From Orbicella franksi (Eukaryota), in assembly GCA_964199315.1 (NCBI GenBank), contig OZ116698.1, positions 21,886,001 to 21,950,000 of the forward strand: DNA of 64,000 nucleotides. The letters run 5' to 3'. The notes beneath the pieces are model-generated. The model made no database searches, was not told the origin of the DNA, and worked only from the letters and a program-made list of their open reading frames with translations. Shown in pieces: positions 62,200-64,000 of the stretch. Made by a program: the position numbers and the translations under genes. Each line of letters opens with the position of its first letter. Positions within the stretch are counted from its first letter, which is position 1.

Positions 62200-62428
62200 G
62201 AGGGCCTCCCAGGGGTTTTTGGGGAAAAAGGGAACATGATCATTTATTTCAAGGAAACAAGGGATAATTTTGGGTTTAATTTCATGGAATAAGGGATATC
62301 TCTGCTATTAGAGGGAACTTTGAGAAAAAAATTTAGGGAACAGTGGAATTTATTAATAGGGAACAAGGGAGAAAAAGTGAAATTTTCAAGGGAACAAGGG
62401 AACATGCTACCCCCCTTGGGAAGCCCTC
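62200..62428. mobile_element. Small MITE in a gene B intron
   Basis: Ends GAGGGCCTCCCAGGGG / CCCCTTGGGAAGCCCTC, with internal GGGAACA repeats. Confidence 0.65.
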
Positions 62429-62719
62429 AACTCTTTCAAAGGAGTTACGCGTCAAGCTCAAGAAGCACGTAGCTAAAAAATCTAACAGAGGAGCAATCTT
62501 AAGAGAAGGCAAACATTTTGTTTCATTTTTCCAGTAAATAACAAAACAATTATAACAATAAAAACGCCGTGTGCAACAGTTTAAAACACATTTTCTTTGC
62601 AATGATCAAAGGTATCTGTTGCCTTATATTTGTCAAACCAAATTTGGCACCCTAAGAACATAAAAACGCTAAGTTTAGCAATAAGAATTATTTCACGTTT
62701 GCTTCTGATCATTTTTCAG

Positions 62720-62866
62720 AGGTCAGCTCATTTTGATAGACGTTCGCGTGACCTGAGGGAAAGAGGCTATCACCACAGTGAGAGAGTCACTCCTAGAATG
62801 CATAGCAGTGGGGAAATATCAGGCCCGCAACGTTTTGACGTGTTATCATCGACTGTGGAACTATAG
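62720..62866 (+). CDS. Coiled-coil gene B, probable terminal exon (48 aa)
   Basis: Acceptor CATTTTTCAG| phase 0; RSAHFDRRSRDLRERGYHHSERVTPRMHSSGEISGPQRFDVLSSTVEL-TAG. Confidence 0.6.
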   Translation, partial: RSAHFDRRSRDLRERGYHHSERVTPRMHSSGEISGPQRFDVLSSTVEL

Positions 62867-64000
62867 AACCACACTAGTGATAAACTGCCGAGTACTCGAG
62901 ACCGTTATATAATAACTAATGCAAGTAGGAAGAACATGAGAGTAAAGGACTTGATCAAATCAGGAAACACGCAATGGTACAGTCGAACATCATTCTTCAA
63001 GAGACGTCTATGTAACATGATGTCTATGAATGATATCACTGAACTAGGATTGGGTACTGTAGGGACTACCATTTTGTTTTTAATACGGGTAAATGACTGA
63101 AGTGAAGTAAAGGTTGTTAGATTTATTCCTATCACTATTATTGATTTAGACAGGTGTGTCGTGGATCATAGACAACTGCATGCAAACGGCTGATGAAAGC
63201 ATTTTAGTAAGTAGTGAACATTAAGTGGGGAAAGACTTCATTAGACTAAGACGTAATTTAGCTACGCCACTGGGTGTGGATTAGCCACTGGGATTACGTG
63301 GCCAACGATCTAACGATATTAGTTTAAAGCTAAGACATGAGGGTATTCAATTTTTTTGAGACTAGTCAAGAAAGCACGAGATCTTTAAAAGAGCAGTTTT
63401 CAAATGAACGTGACAAACGATAAAGCTTTTTAACCTCAAAGCTCGAGGGATGTCACAATTGGCTTTGCACGCGCTTGGTTGAGAAGCCAACCGCTTAACT
63501 TTTGCCCTAATTACCCAGAATATGCTGCACGAGGTTTACGAACAATTCACGTGAGTAGTAAACCATTTTACAATTTTACAAATTTAAGAAGTCATTTAAT
63601 GCAGAGTTGCCACCCTATTCGTTTCAGAACAGGTCTGAGTACGATACGTTGATATGACAAGTCTTAGTTTCAAATTCAGTTTGAAGCAAATTGTGAGAAC
63701 GTTTTAACCAGTATAGATACATAAGAGTAATTCCTCATTACATAAAAATTGTTGTCACGAAATAAAACCACTTTTTGTTCACGGAAGAGCTTGGGAAATT
63801 GTTAAGGCAACTATTAATATTACGTTAAACGTCATTGGAAAACTGTGTTTAGCGTAGAGCACGCGTTAAAAGAAGTAAGTAATCTGATAATTGGGTAGCT
63901 ATAATCAAATCTCCAGAGATGTACAAATAATGATGTTTGTGAACGAGGCTGTATTTAAACTACTTTACACGATATTCGTATGATGTTTCTTTCTCAATAG

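Overview
Eukaryotic, AT-rich, intron-containing DNA. Its repeat families and gene types suggest a cnidarian, probably a stony coral; this is inferred, not confirmed by a search. There is one assembly gap at 3689-3837. Five host genes can be built from splice sites and reading frames. (1) A + strand modular gene, PAN-EGF-3x pentraxin/LamG with a Ser/Thr-rich, Arg-rich tail (about 784-9809), carrying a 1-nt frameshift in the second pentraxin. (2) A - strand giant coiled-coil gene, here called A (19559-13978, about 1690 aa). (3) An 85-aa leucine-zipper microprotein (27241-27498). (4) A single-coding-exon rhodopsin-class GPCR (30982-29810). (5) A + strand giant coiled-coil gene, here called B (56736-62866, about 1780 aa), which is a collinear ancient paralogue of A. 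The rest is transposon-rich. It holds two Penelope-like retroelements with inverted termini carrying four U3-A8 variant hammerhead ribozyme motifs whose stems covary, and a near-intact CR1/L2-type LINE with a 2A-like motif and PHD finger sitting exactly where the catalytic core of a Harbinger transposase is missing. It also holds a 2.8-kb non-autonomous hAT element with a perfect 8-bp TSD and many MITEs. No CRISPR array, rRNA or intact tRNA was seen. All homology statements come from motif recognition by eye.
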